From Eledone cirrhosa (taxonomy: Eukaryota), in assembly GCA_964016885.1 (NCBI GenBank), contig OZ024760.1, positions 23,002,001 through 23,066,000 on the forward strand: a DNA stretch of 64,000 bases, written 5' to 3'. The notes beneath the pieces are model-generated. The model was given only the letters and a program-made list of their open reading frames with translations. It did no database searches and was not told the origin of the DNA. The translations under genes and the position numbers were made by a program. Shown one piece after another: positions 18,414-33,394 of this stretch. How positions within the stretch are numbered: the first letter of the stretch is position 1; the number at the start of each line of letters is the position of its first letter.

Positions 18414-18871
18414 TACACACACACACACACACACATGCATAGAGGAAATAGAAACTTGATTTGTAAAGATGTTCTAGAATTTACTACTTCTTCGTTTTGC
18501 GAAATATCACGACATTGCAATGTCTCCATCCAAAAATATATTTTGGGTAACACCGCCATCTTTTTTGTCTATATTTTGTGATTATTTTTTCCTTTGTTTG
18601 TGTTTGTTTGTATTTCTTAGCATAATACGCGCTGCTGCTATAGTTGTTGTTGTTGTGAAAATTGATGTTGTTGTTATTCTTGTTGTAGTTGCTGTTGTTG
18701 TGGCTGAATGTAAGTTTTCTCCTCTCGATTTCTAAAAGCCATTCTTCAAAGTCTGAATATTTGAGACGTCAAAATAAAAACACACGCAAATACAAAAAAT
18801 AAAATGAAAAATTCAAACACACACACATATAAGTGGACATATATGGTGAAGAAAACAACACATTTAAGAAC

Positions 18872-18991
<120 letters not shown>

Positions 18992-19039
18992 AATATATAT
19001 ATATATATAAGATAAAAAGATGGTTAAAAGAGTTCCAAG

Positions 19040-19110
19040 TATTTTATTATGCGCATTTCAAAAACAAATACATTCACGAGATGATATCTGCGTGTTCATC
19101 AGATAAAATA
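19040..19110 (-). ncRNA. Type I hammerhead ribozyme motif
   Basis: tattttat CTGATGA acacgcagatat...gtatttgttttt GAAA tgcgca TA ataaaata. Confidence 0.75.
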
Positions 19111-19228
19111 GGGATACATGATATGAAGGTTAAAACACACTTGTAAATAGTGCAGTTTTAAGTCAATATATGTTGATTTAAAACTGCACTATTCACAAGT
19201 GTGTTTTAACCTTCATATCATGTCTCCC

Positions 19229-19299
19229 TATTTTATCTGACGAAAACGCAAATGTTATTGCATGATGATATTTGTTTTTGAAATGCACATAATAAAATA
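19229..19299 (+). ncRNA. Type I hammerhead ribozyme motif
   Basis: tattttat CTGACGA aaacgcaaatgttatt-gcat-gatgatatttgttttt GAAA tgcaca TA ataaaata; 8-bp stem I and long stem II. Confidence 0.8.
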
Positions 19300-19329
19300 C
19301 ATGGAACTCTTTTAACCATCTTTTGATCT

Positions 19330-19369
<40 letters not shown>

Positions 19370-19390
19370 TGACGTATTCATATATGTATT

Positions 19391-19445
<55 letters not shown>

Positions 19446-19737
19446 ATATACATATATATATATATACACAATGAGCCTCTGTTCACATGTAGCTGCCTTC
19501 TTCTGTGTTATTACCTCTGCCCCCGGCCCCTCCTTTCTCTATTCTCTACTACTTATGTGGCTTGCCAAATTATATTTAATTAATCTGTTCTTCATTTAAC
19601 ACCTATTCTAGAAAGATGTCGACTTGCCAGTTTTTGATCTCCCCCCCCCCCTAAAATACCGCCAACACCACCGACACCCTCATTAAATAAACAGCAGTAG
19701 CAACAACAGCATCACTTTCCCAACACCTCCGTAAAAC

Positions 19738-21705
19738 AACCGCCATCACTAGGTTACCATTGATACACCACCAACACCACCATCTCTAGGTTTCCATTGA
19801 ATCACCACCAACACCACAAACACTACCATCTCTAGGTTACCATTGAAACACCACCAACACCGCCATCACTAGGTTACCATTGAAACACCACCAACACCAC
19901 CATCACTAAGTTACCATTGAAACACCACCAACACCACCATCTCTAGGTTACCGTTGAAACACCACCAACACCACCAACACCACCATCTCTAGGTTACCAT
20001 TGAAACACCACCAACACCGCCATCACTAGGTTACCATTGAAACACCACCAACACCACCATCACTAAGTTACCATTGAAACACCACCAACACCACCATTCT
20101 CGGTTACCATTGATACACCACCAACACCACCAACACCACCATCTCTAGGTTACCATTGAAACACCACCAACACCACCAACACCACCATCTCTAGGTTACC
20201 ATTGAAACACCACCAACACCACCAACACCACCATCACTAGGTTACCATTGAAACACCACCAACACCACCATCACTAGGTTACCATTGAAACACCACCAAC
20301 ACCACCAACACCACAACCATCACTAGGTTACCGTTGAAACACCACCAACACCACCAACACCACCATTCTAGGTTACCATTGAAACACCACCAACACCACC
20401 ATCTCTAGGTTACCGTTGAAACACCACCAACACCACCATCTCTAGGTTACCATTGAAACACCACCAACACCGCCATCACTAGGTTACCATTGAAACACCA
20501 CCAACACCACCATCACTAAGTTACCATTGAAACACCACCAACACCACCAACACCACCATCTCTAGGTTACCATAGAAACACCACCAACACCACCATTCTA
20601 GGTTACCATTGAAACACCACCAACACCACCATTCTCGGTTACCATTGATACACCACCAACACCACCAACACCACCATCTCTAGGTTACCATTGATACACC
20701 ACCAACACCACCAACACCACCAACGCCAGCAACACCACCATCACTAGGTTACCATTGAAACACCACCAACACCACCATCACTAGGTTACCATTGAAACAC
20801 CACCACCACCACCACCACCACCACCACCACCACCACCACCACAACCACCAACACCACCATCTCTAGGTAACCATTGAAACACCACCAACACCACCGACAC
20901 CAACATCACTAGGTTACCATTGAAACACCACCAACACCACCATCACTAGGTTACCATTGAAACACCACCAACACAACCAACACCACCAACACCACCATCA
21001 CTAGGTTACCATTGAAACACCACCACCACCACCACCACCACCGACACCACCACCACCACCACCAACACCAACACCAACACCACCATCTCTAGGTTACCAT
21101 TGAAACACCACCAACACCACCATCACTAGGTTACCATTGAAACACCACCAACACCACCATCACTATGTTACCATTGAAACACCACCACCACCACCACCAA
21201 CACCACCATCTCTAGGTTACCTTTGAAACACAACCTCCACCACCACCACCACCACCAACACCACCAACACCACCATCACTAGGTTACCATTGAAACACCA
21301 CCAACACCACCATCTCTAGGTTACCATTGAAACACCAGCAACACAACCAACACCACCAACACCACCATCACTAGGTTACCATTGAAACACCACCACCACC
21401 ACCACCACCAACACCAACACCAACACCACCATCTCTAGGTTACCATTGAAACACCACCAACACCACCATCACTAGGTTACCATTGAAACACCACCAACAC
21501 CACCATCACTATGTTACCATTGAAACACCACCACCACCAACACCACCATCTCTAGGTTACCCTTGAAACACAACCACCACCACCACCACCACCACCACCA
21601 CCAACACCACCAACACCACCATCACTAGGTTACCATTGAAACACCATCAACACCACCAACACCACCATCACTAGGTTACCATTGAAACACCACCAACACC
21701 ACCAC
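19738..21705. repeat. Minisatellite, 39-bp basic unit with 9-bp (accaccaac) length variants
   Basis: More than 35 copies of accatc(a/t)ctaggttaccattgaaacaccaccaacacc. Confidence 0.95.
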
Positions 21706-22716
21706 CTCACACACCCACCTCCACAACCACTACAACCACCAGCACCATTCCCCACCACAGCACCACCACTAACACCACCACCACCACCACCACCACCAAT
21801 ACCACCACACCACACACCCACCTCCACAACCACTACAACCACCAGCACCATCCCCCACCACAGCACCGCCGCCACCCCAATCACACAACCACCGCCACCA
21901 CCACCACCACCACCACCACCAATACCACTACACCACACCACACACTCACCACCACAACCTCTACAGCCACCAGCACCATCCCCCACCACAGCACCACCAC
22001 CACAACCACCACCACCACCACCAACTCCACCACCACCACCAATACCACCACACCATACACCCACCTCCACAACCACTACAGCCAACGGCACTCCCCCATA
22101 CTACCCCCCACACCCCACCTACACAATCACCACCACCATCACCACTACACATACACACACCACCTCCACCACCACCACCACCACCACCAATACCACCACA
22201 CCATACACCCACCTCCACAACCACTACATCCACCAGCCCCCCCTACCCCCCACACATTCACCACCACCATCACCATCACCACTACACACACACACACACC
22301 AACTCCAACACCACCACCACCAATACCACCACACCATATACCCACCTCCACAACCACTACAGCCACCAGCAACCACCATCACCATCACCACTACACACAC
22401 ACTACACCACCTCCACCACCACTGCACACACACACACACCACCTGCACCATCACCACTACACACACACACCACCTCCACCACCATCACCACCACCACCAC
22501 CACCACCACCACCACCTCCACCACCACCACCACCACCACCACCACCACCACCACCACCACCACTGCACACACACACCACCTCCACCACCACCACCACCAC
22601 CACCACCACCACCACCACCACCACCACCACCTCCACTACCACCACCACCACCACCACCTCCACCACCACTGCACACACACACCACCTTCACCACCACCAC
22701 CACCACCACCACCACC
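21706..22716. repeat. (ACC)n-rich low-complexity tract
   Basis: Degenerate ACC/CAC trinucleotide repeats. Confidence 0.9.
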
Positions 22717-22944
22717 AGAGAAGCAGAACCCTCTTCAGCTACACAACAAAACCCAACTACCTCTACCACCACAAAACCTTTCACTATACACATCATAAAG
22801 AATAACAATAACAGCGCCAACGGCAATAACCACCCCCAACACGAATACCATTATATGCCAACAGGGGGAGCTGCTATGGGGTCGTATGAACTTTACTAGA
22901 TATAGCTGCCAATTCCCCCTCAGCATGCTTCTATAGTCTTATAC

Positions 22945-24135
22945 CAAGGTTTCTGGTTTAGGCCCAAAGCCAACTATTTTTAGGGATGGCTGAAAAGTTG
23001 ATTAAATCGGCCCCAGTACATTACTGATACTTTATTTTATTGACACGGTGAAGACGAAAGTTATAGGATAAGTTGACATTGACGGGGTTTGAAATAAGAA
23101 CATTAAAGGGCCGCACCTCTGCCGCACGTCATGGTGCCTGACGCTCTAGCGACACTGCTCTCGATAATAATTGTTTCGAGTTTTGGCACCATTTTCCAGT
23201 ACATTACTGGTATGGTACTTTATTTTATCGATCCCGTAAGGGTGAAAGGCAAAGTTAACCTCGGCGGGATTTGAACTCAGATCATAAAGGGAGGTAACTC
23301 TATGCCTCAAAGCATGGCGTCCGACCCTCTACCGATACTGGCAATCGACTCACCATAATAAATGCCATCTCAATAATAATAATAATAATTGTTTCTACTT
23401 TTGGCACAAGGCCAGCAATTACCCAATGCATTACTGGTACTTTATTCTATCGACCCTGGAAGGATGAAAGGCAAAGTTAACCTCGGCGGGATTTCAACTC
23501 AGATCATACAGGGAGGTAACTCTATGCTTCAATACTAATAATAATAATTGTTTCTACTTCAGGCATGAGGCCAGCAATTACACAGTGCATTACTGGTACT
23601 TTATTTTATCGACCCCGTAAGGATGAAAGGCAAAGTCAAACTCGGCGGGATTTGAACTCAGATCGTAAAGGGACGTAACTAATAATACTACTAATAATAA
23701 TAATGGTTTCTGATTTAGGCACAAGGCCAGAAAATGTTTTTGGGTAGCGGAAAGTCGATTAAATCGACCCCAGTACGTTACTGGTCCTTAATTTTATCGA
23801 CTCTGTAAGGATAAAAGGCAGAACTGACATTGGCAAGATTTGAAATAAGGACGTAAAGAGACACAACTCTATGCCACAAATGAAGGTGACCGACGCTCTA
23901 CCGATGCTAATAATCCACCACTCTCAGTAATAACTATTTCTACTATAGACACCCGGACGAGGGAGGGGAAAATCAATTAAATCGATTCCAGCGCCTTACT
24001 GGGGCTCTATTTTATCGATCCCTTAGGTATATAAGGCAAAACTAAGCGCGGCGGTATTTGAACACAAATGTAAAGGGAAGTACCTATATGGCGAAAGCAT
24101 TGTCCAGGGTTCTAATGATACTGCCAATCAACTGC
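22945..24135 (-). mobile_element. Cluster of about six head-to-tail SINE family A copies
   Basis: Core ttttatcgaccccgtaaggatgaaaggcaaag recurs at about 23035, 23225, 23445, 23605, 23795 and 24012, separated by (AAT)n. Confidence 0.9.
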
Positions 24136-24475
24136 TTCCATATACTGAAATGAATACAAACAAAATCGTATTAAAAGGGGCAATGTTGAATGTACAAATG
24201 AAGAACGTGTGAGCCAACACTGTACGACCTCTGACCAGAGGTCAGTTCATCTCAACGCTGATCTTTTAGTTAACGAAAACTAATTATATCATAAGGTTTT
24301 TCCCCAGCAAGGTTAGAATAACCAGATAGTAAGAGAAGAGACCTAAACGCAATGTAGTTAATTTTTCCTGTTTTCTGCGTCAAAACACACTGGTCGACCT
24401 TACCATTCATTTTCATATAATGTGGATGTGTGTGTGTATGTACTCGATAATAGGGAAAGTAGGATATATATGATA

Positions 24476-24528
<53 letters not shown>

Positions 24529-24575
24529 TCTGTCTGTCAAAACGACCGGAGCTCAGCCGTCGGGATCCTGAATCT

Positions 24576-24655
<80 letters not shown>

Positions 24656-24662
24656 TTTATAG

Positions 24663-25020
24663 ATAACAATCAAAGTACGTTTACAACGTTTAATGACTTA
24701 CGATCGTTTCATCCTATCACAAGGCTGGATTCATCAGTGTATATAATAAAGGTTGAAACACAAATATAACAGCAGCAGTTTGTCATTTATATGCTCATAT
24801 TTTTCATATGCTTCTTCCGCATTTGCTATCTTTCTTTTTTTTATATAATTGTTGACACTTATGCTTACTCCCATATTGTGTATCCTCCTAATGTTCTTAT
24901 GACAAACATCTGATATATTTGTGTTCAAACCTCTATTATATAATCCGATGAAATCGACCATGTTCTAGGGTGAAACGATCGTAAGAGATTAAATGTTTTA
25001 AACACACTTTGATTGCTATT
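24663..25020. mobile_element. Diverged fold-back element with HHR motifs on both arms ('cgatcg' family)
   Basis: 24663-24770 is inverted at about 24915-25020. Confidence 0.7.
24694..24742 (-). ncRNA. Minimal hammerhead motif
   Basis: CTGATGA atcc...ggat GAAA cgatcg TA, with weak stem I. The plus-strand partner at 24945-24983 has CCGATGA...GAAA cgatcg TA. Confidence 0.6.
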
Positions 25021-25116
25021 TCGAAAGTATTTCGTTTCGGCTCTATAATATAATAATTGTCCTTTTACATTGAGCTATTCTCATACTTGTAATTGTATAA
25101 TATTTAATATTACCCA

Positions 25117-25204
<88 letters not shown>

Positions 25205-25586
25205 CTGATGTTTGAAACTATTAAAACAATTGAAAAACTGTGTCGGATGTTAAAATGTCGATTAATGTTTTTCGATTCGTTTTATTTTCTTAAATATACC
25301 GCCGTAAGCTATATACGTAAGATTATAAATGTCCCCCGCAGTCCACCATTGATCTATACACTCGTTTAACGTCAGAATACCGCAGATAAGAATAATACTG
25401 CAATTGACGTATATTCATCACTCTTAATATTATTCAATTCTGTGATTAGTTGTCGTTGATATAATGTTTGGTGGTGGGGAGACGGCTGCGATGGTTATGA
25501 GTACTCAACTTCCCAAAATATTATCAGAAACAACCGCCGGATTAAAAGAAGGGAAGTGAGTAATACACACACACAAACACACACGA

Positions 25587-26290
25587 TCAGAGAATCTCTA
25601 CACGTAGAGCCACTACTTCTCCGAATTGAGAGATCAAAGATCCGATACTAGGTACATGTGGTTAGAATGACTCAAAATAGAATCTCTGGATCGATTTGTT
25701 GCTCTGAAATCCGAAAGTCACTCCAGGCAGAACCGCTACTCCTCCGAATTGAGAAATCACACATAAAATATTATGGGTATCTTGTTAGAATGACTCAAAA
25801 AAGAATCTCTGGATAGATTTGTAGCTCTAAGATCCGAGAGTCACTCCAGGCAGAACCGCTATTTCTCTGAATTGAGAGATCAAAGATCCGATACTAGGGG
25901 TATGTGGTTAGAATGTCTCACAAAAGTATCGCTGGATAGATTTGTAGCTAAAAATCCGAGAGTCACTCCAGGCAGAACCGCTACTTCTCCGATTTGAGAG
26001 ATCAAGGCTCTGATATAATGGTGATGTGGTGAGAATGTCTGAGGAAAGGATCACTGGAGGTATTTCACGTGTAAAAGCAACTGACAGGAGAGCCAAGGGA
26101 GACCCATCCACAGCAAGATGGTTAGATAACATCCATGAGCTTGGCTGGTCGCCATTGGGAATGCAGTCGAGTCAGTTGTAGACGGTTCCATCTGACAGGA
26201 CTCGCTGAAAGGAATGTTTGAGTACTTTGACACCTCCTTCACTCCAAGTACCCTCTCGGGTATTAATGGGCGAACAAGAAGAATAAGAAT
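25587..26290 (+). mobile_element. RTE-clade LINE 3' end whose 123-bp coding segment is tandemly amplified four times
   Basis: Units encode IRESLQAEPLLLRIERS..Y.GHVVRM. The last unit continues into ...RRAKGDPSTARWLDNI. Anchor ctccaggcagaaccgct occurs at 25721, 25844 and 25966. Confidence 0.75.
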
Positions 26291-26349
26291 ATGAAAAGAT
26301 GATATGATGAAAATTTGAAAAAGAAGAAGCTAAAGAAGATGGTATTGAA

Positions 26350-26661
26350 CAGGGGTGTGCAACATATTCCATTGGCGGGCTACTTTTGAACATTTGAATA
26401 ACTATTAGGGCCATAAATATTTATTAAGCACTATTCCAAAGATTCACCTAAACTTCTTTCCATAACATGGAACTGGGAAGTTATAACACACATAGCCATG
26501 TCAGTGAAGCCCTTTAGTATAGGTCAAATAACAGAAAATAGGGTTACGAAAAAATTCTAAATACGCCTACAAGGTCAAAATTAAAAACGGTCATGGCGGG
26601 CCACTCCATCTGATTTGGCTGGCCGGATTGTGGCCCGCAAGCCACCTGTTGCACGCTCCTG
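26350..26661. mobile_element. hAT-like MITE
   Basis: TIRs caggggtgtgcaac / gttgcacgctcctg (12/14 match); 8-bp flanks gtattgaa / ctatagaa; subterminal gcgggc/gcccgc motifs. Confidence 0.7.
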
Positions 26662-27016
26662 CTATAGAAGATGTAAAAGTGAGAGAAGATACTTGACTGT
26701 TGTTCGACCTACTATGTTGTTGTCTGTGTTGAAGTTAGAAATTATGTTATGTTATGTTATGTTAAAAATTATGTGAAATGTTTGGTTTAGGTTTTGTTTC
26801 TCTTCATTTTGGTTATCTGTTTTTTCGAGTCTTTAAAGAAATAAAAGAAAGACATTATAGAAGTTATTGTATAGGAAAGAAATATAATTAGAAATACCAG
26901 TCACATGATATCACTCTGTTGCTTGGCTGATCAAATTATTTAAGAAATTAGAAACAACTTTTCATTTGCGATGTTTCCAGCCATCTTGAGTACAACAGAA
27001 AACGAAATAACAGAAA

Positions 27017-28456
27017 ACTCACACTCACGCACGCAAACACACACACACACGCAGACTCACACACACACAGATGTACGCAGACACTCGCACACGCTATCTC
27101 TCTCGCTCTCCCTCTCCCTCTCTGTCTCAACACACACACGTTATCTCTGTCTCTTTCGCTCTCTCTCTCTCTCTCTCTGAACATAGACACATACGCACAC
27201 ACACGCAGACACATGCACACGCTCTCTCTCTCTCTAGCTCTTTCTCTCTCAACATACACACACGCACACAAAATCATGTTCTCTCTCTCACCACACTCAC
27301 ATACACACACATGTTCTCTCTCTAAACACACACATACACACAGACACGTACTCTCTCGACACTCACATACACACACACACACGTTCTTTCTCTCTCTCAT
27401 CACACACATACACACACACATTCTCTCTTTCACCACACACACATACACACTCACGTTCACCACACACACATACACACTCACGTTCTCTCTCTCACCACAC
27501 ACACATACACACACACGTTCTCTCTCTATCACCACACACGTACACACACCATCTCTCTCTCAACAGTCACATACACACTCACGTTTTCTCTCTCAACACA
27601 CACACATACACACACACGTTCTCTCTCTAAACACACATATACACACACACGTTCTCTCTCTCACCACACAGACACACATGTCATCTCTCTAAACACGCAC
27701 ATACACACACACACGTTCTCTCTCTAAACACACACATATACACACACACGTTCTCTCTCTCAACACATACACACTCACGTTCTCTCTCTCAACACACACA
27801 TACACACACACACGTTCTCTCTCTCAACACATACACACTTACGTTCTCTCTCTCAACACACACATACACACACACACGTTCTCTCTCTAAACACACACAT
27901 ACACACACACGTACTCTCTTTCTCAACACGCTCACATACACACACATGTTCTCTCTCTAAACACATACATACACACGTTCTCTCTCAACACTCACATACA
28001 CACACACGTTCTCTCTCTCACCACACACATACACACACACAAGTTCTCTCTCAACACTCACATACACACACACGTTCTCTCTCTTACCACACACATACAC
28101 AAACACGTTCGTTCTCTCAACACACACATACACACAGTGAAACAGAAACATGTTCTCTCTCTCAACACACACACACACACACACATACAAACACACACAC
28201 ACAGTCAAATAAATCCAGGTTCTCTCTCCCTCTCAACACACAGGCACACGCACACACGGAGTGAAATAGAAACATGTTCTCTCTTTCTCTCTCCCTCTCT
28301 CTCTCAACACACACACACACAGACACACACACAAACACACAGAGTGAAATAGATACATGTTCTCTCTCTCTCCCTCTCTCTCTCAACACACACACACACA
28401 CACAAACACACAGAGTGAAATAGAAACATGTTCTCTCTCTCTCCCTCTCTCTCTCA

Positions 28457-28488
<32 letters not shown>

Positions 28489-28680
28489 AGAGTGAAATAG
28501 AAACATGTTCTCTCTCTCTCTCTCACTCTCTCTCTCTCAACACACACACACACAAACAAACAGAGTCAAATAAAACCAGCTTCTCTCTCTCTCTCTCTCC
28601 CTCTCTCTCTCAACACACACACACACACAAACACACAGAGTCAAATAAAACCAGCTTCTCTCTCTCTCTCAACACACACG
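27017..28680. repeat. Compound (CA)n/(CT)n minisatellite
   Basis: Units cacacacgttctctctctcaa, later with agagtgaaatagaaacatgttc spacers. Confidence 0.9.
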
Positions 28681-29399
28681 AACCAGGAATCATATAACAG
28701 CGGGAGGTGGCTAAACAATTATTTAATAACTCTAGAAAAGAGTAAAATGTAAAATAGTAATTCTGAAAAAAAATACCTCCGCATAAAATATTTATTGAAT
28801 ATAAGAAGAATTTATTTCAAATTACTTTCAAACTTTCATGGGACGATTCTATAGAATTCTATTGGAATTCTATAGAAACAAATGTTTAAAAAAAAATAAG
28901 AAACAAGATTCTAATGAACGATTTAACAGAATTTCAATTAACTTGGTGCTACTTCTGTGATAAATATAACCAAAATTTACAAAACCTGAACAAAAATTTA
29001 AAAATATTAAAGATTAATATTTTTTTTTTTCTAAGCGTATTTGGTCAAATTTGAGAGAATTTGGTCTTGAATGGCTGTGACTCTTAGTGTGGGCTTGCGT
29101 ATGTTTCTCGAGAGTCGTGTGTTGAATATAAAAACAAACACAAGACGAAAAAATACATATACGTGTTGATGTTCAAAAGATTAAAAAAATGTCAATGTGA
29201 AACTAAAAAGTATAAAATAAATGTGTTTTGGTGTCATTTTTACTTTTTCTGTATTCAATCTGAATGACTTGTTAATTTCGACATTAGCATTTTGATTTAA
29301 ATTCAGTCATTGTTGCGTAAAAGAGAATAATGTCAATGAGAGATAGACCAGAAGATGATGATGGGATTTTTTTGGTGTGTGTGTATGTATGTATGTATG

Positions 29400-29437
<38 letters not shown>

Positions 29438-29686
29438 GACTGCGTGTCTATGACAGTGTGTATGCGCGTGGATGTATATATTTATATATATATATACATG
29501 TGTGTATGTACAGTATGTATGACGGTGTATGTGTGTGTGTATATATATATGTGTGTGTGGGACTGTGTGTATGCGCATAGATGTGTGTGTGTGTGTGACT
29601 ATGAATGCGCGTAGATGTGTGTTTATATATATATACACATGTGTGTATGTATGTATGTGTGTGTGTGTATACAAGTAGATGTGTGT

Positions 29687-29733
<47 letters not shown>

Positions 29734-29751
29734 CATGTGTGTATGTATGTA

Positions 29752-29783
<32 letters not shown>

Positions 29784-30010
29784 CATGTGTGTGTGATCTT
29801 CTTACTGAGCACGTGACCACATAACACACCACAGAATGATATCAAGTAGAGCTGAATTAAAATTCCCTGCACTGTATTATGTCTCACGATATTAAAAAAA
29901 ATAAAAAAAAACAAACAAGAAAAAACAAAAACAGAATTTTAATGTAGTAGTCTGAATAATTATGAAACACGTGGAATCTAGATAGTAGACTCGGCTGAGA
30001 ATGAGTACCA

Positions 30011-30572
30011 GCTGTAACTAGAAATTTAATTCTTCGATGGATGGTGTCGAGTCAAGTGGGATGTCTTGAACTAACAGTGTCTTAACCCTTTAGTGTTCAA
30101 ACCGGCCAAAACCGGCCAGAATGTTTTACCACTTTCTGTTGAAACTGGCTGTAACTAGAAATTTAATCCTTCGATGGATGGTGTCGAGTCAAGTGGGATG
30201 TCTTGAACTAACAGTGTCTTAACCCTTTAGTGTTCAAACCGGCCAAAACCGGCCAGAATGTTTTACCACTTTCTGTTGAAACTGGCTGTAACTAGAAATT
30301 TAATCCTTCGATGGACTGGTGTGGAGTCATGTGAGGTATCTTGAGCCACCAGTGTCTTAACCCTTTAGTGTGCAAACCGGCCAAATCCGGCCAGAATTCT
30401 CTCACCACTTCCTGTTGAAACTGGATGTGTAACTAGAAATGTAATCCTTCGATGGACTAGTGTCGAGTCAAGTGGGATGTCTTGAACGACCAGTGGCTTA
30501 ACCCTTTAGTTTCCAAACCGGCCAAAACCGGCCAGAATTATCTACCTCTTTATCTTGAAACTGGCTGTAACT
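30011..30572. repeat. Four-copy tandem repeat of about 137-141 bp spanning a SINE-like/MITE junction
   Basis: ttaaccctttag at 30082, 30219, 30357 and 30498; units bounded by gctgtaact. Confidence 0.9.
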
Positions 30573-30722
30573 GGTCGCTCATACTTATGTTAAGGTATTG
30601 TTCTCAAAATAAATACTTTCAAAATATCATAGATTCGATATTATGTGAGATAATTATGTGAGGTAAATCCTTTCCCATGAAAATATAATAGTATATATAA
30701 AATAATGTGAATGCTAATAGGG
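30502..30722. mobile_element. piggyBac-like MITE with TTAA target-site duplication
   Basis: TTAA-ccctttag ... ctaataggg-TTAA (30723-30726). Confidence 0.65.
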
Positions 30723-31096
30723 TTAAGACCAAGGAAACTCTGATATACAACTGTCTTATGAGGCACGAAGTTTGAATATAGATTTAATATTTTGACTTTG
30801 TAATAATGGTTGGGGTTTAATGAAAAGTGAAATGTTAATATCTGTATTTGAACTAACGGCCTGGTTAGAATTCATGAGGGGATAAGAATTAATGGAAGGA
30901 ATAAAACTGACAGTAGTTTTGCAGGCGTATCTGAAGAATTATGCATCGTGTTCGATATGTATTGGGGTTGTTTACACAATATAATGCTTAACATAGGACA
31001 TTATTGCTCATATCCCAGGACCCTATTTTTCGTCGGATTTTGCATAATCCCTTCCATATGCTGTACCGATTGTGTTGTTATTTCTGTTTACCTTTT

Positions 31097-31831
<735 letters not shown>

Positions 31832-32072
31832 TTGGTTGTTTGTTGTATGTGCATGTGTGTTTTCATTTTGTCCAAAATGAAAACACACACGCGCATAGAA
31901 CAATCAACCAACCAGTAACATGTAAATAAACAAATAAATAAACGAATATAAACTCACACAGACACCCTTATGTAACACATGCGCAAACTAAGCACACAAC
32001 ACACACAAAAACAAGATGGCGTAGGACAGAACAAGGGAGAGGCACAAAAAAAAACAAAGAAAAGAACCCCTA

Positions 32073-32115
32073 GTAACTGAAGAGGTCACAGAATGTGTGA
32101 TGAAAGAACTTTGAC
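32073..32115 (+). ncRNA. Degenerate minimal hammerhead motif ('gaac' family)
   Basis: gtaa CTGAAGA g gtcac...gtgat GAAA gaac TT tgac; homologue of 37626-37668. Confidence 0.5.
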
Positions 32116-32310
32116 AATATATAAACAACCATCTGGTTGTGGAACCAACCAACCAACCGGAAATTTATCAATTTATTATAATCTATTGAAGGTAAAGCGA
32201 CTGTTGCGTGTGTTTCTTATTGGCAAGATGACCCTCCCAAAGTATAACAATAACGGTTTCAACACACGTTTTCAGATAAAGAATCTTGCTAAACAAATTC
32301 AGAAACGAAA

Positions 32311-32352
<42 letters not shown>

Positions 32353-32475
32353 CGTGTGTTTGTGTGTGTGTGTGTAGGTATATATATATATATAAATATA
32401 TATATACTATACATGTGTATGCATATCTATATAATATATATGCAATATATATAATGCATACACACACACACACAT

Positions 32476-32539
<64 letters not shown>

Positions 32540-32569
32540 CATATAATATATATATATATATTGCCATTG

Positions 32570-32680
32570 TGAGTTCAAATCCCGCCGAGGTTAACTTTGC
32601 CTTTCATCCCTACGGGGTCGATAAAATAAAGTACCAGTAATGCACTGAGTAATTGCTGGCCTTGTGCCTAACGTAGAAAC

Positions 32681-32684
<4 letters not shown>
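32570..32684 (+). mobile_element. SINE family A, 5'-truncated
   Basis: B-box gagttcaaatccc plus core and tail. Confidence 0.9.
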
Positions 32685-32733
<49 letters not shown>

Positions 32734-32813
32734 GCATATATATATATAGATATATAGATAGATATATATATATTATATGTACATATATATATAATATATA
32801 TATGGACATATAC

Positions 32814-32863
<50 letters not shown>

Positions 32864-33394
32864 TATACATATATGGGTGTGTATGTGTGTATACATAAGT
32901 ATAGGTATATGCTATGTACGTGTCTACGTAGACATGTATCTGCCTGTAGCGTGTCTTTGACCCGCCTCTGAAACTCTTGGCAAAATGTCAAACAGTTTGT
33001 TTTTAATCTCCTATTTGAATTATTTTTAGCCTTTTCCTCGCAACTATACTAATTGCCTTGGCACTAACATCAGTGCACCGCCTGCAGGTAACGGTGCATG
33101 GTAGGTTAGGTGCAGTAGTGGGTGCGTATGCATTCCCCCTATTTTTCTTTCTTTCTTCTTTCGCTCTGTTTCGATTATTTCCTTTCTTTCTTAATTTCTT
33201 TCGTCCATTTTTTTTTTCACTTCACATATATGTATTCCGCCTTAAGGGGTTGTATTTTAATTAGACGTCTCCCGCACTGATTACCACTTAGCCACCACAA
33301 CCAACACTGTAGTCATCACTGTAAAGACCACCATCACGAATATGAGTCCTGCTATCATGCCTACTAACTCTACCTTCACCAATACCAATGCTAC

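Larger units (their letters stand above)
19008..19331. mobile_element. About 325-bp palindrome with one HHR on each strand ('tgcgca' family), in (TA)n
   Basis: Centre at about 19168 (tcaatatatgttga). Arms are homologous to the PLE terminus at 42960-43122 and to 55338-55485. Confidence 0.9.

Noticed and set aside
19738-21705. CRISPR-like appearance (constant core with variable intervals)
   Set aside because: The intervals are ACC repeats, not unique spacers. There are no cas genes and the context is eukaryotic.
21682-22899. 405-aa Pro/His/Thr extensin-like ORF
   Set aside because: (ACC)n low-complexity tract; composition switches with the reading frame.
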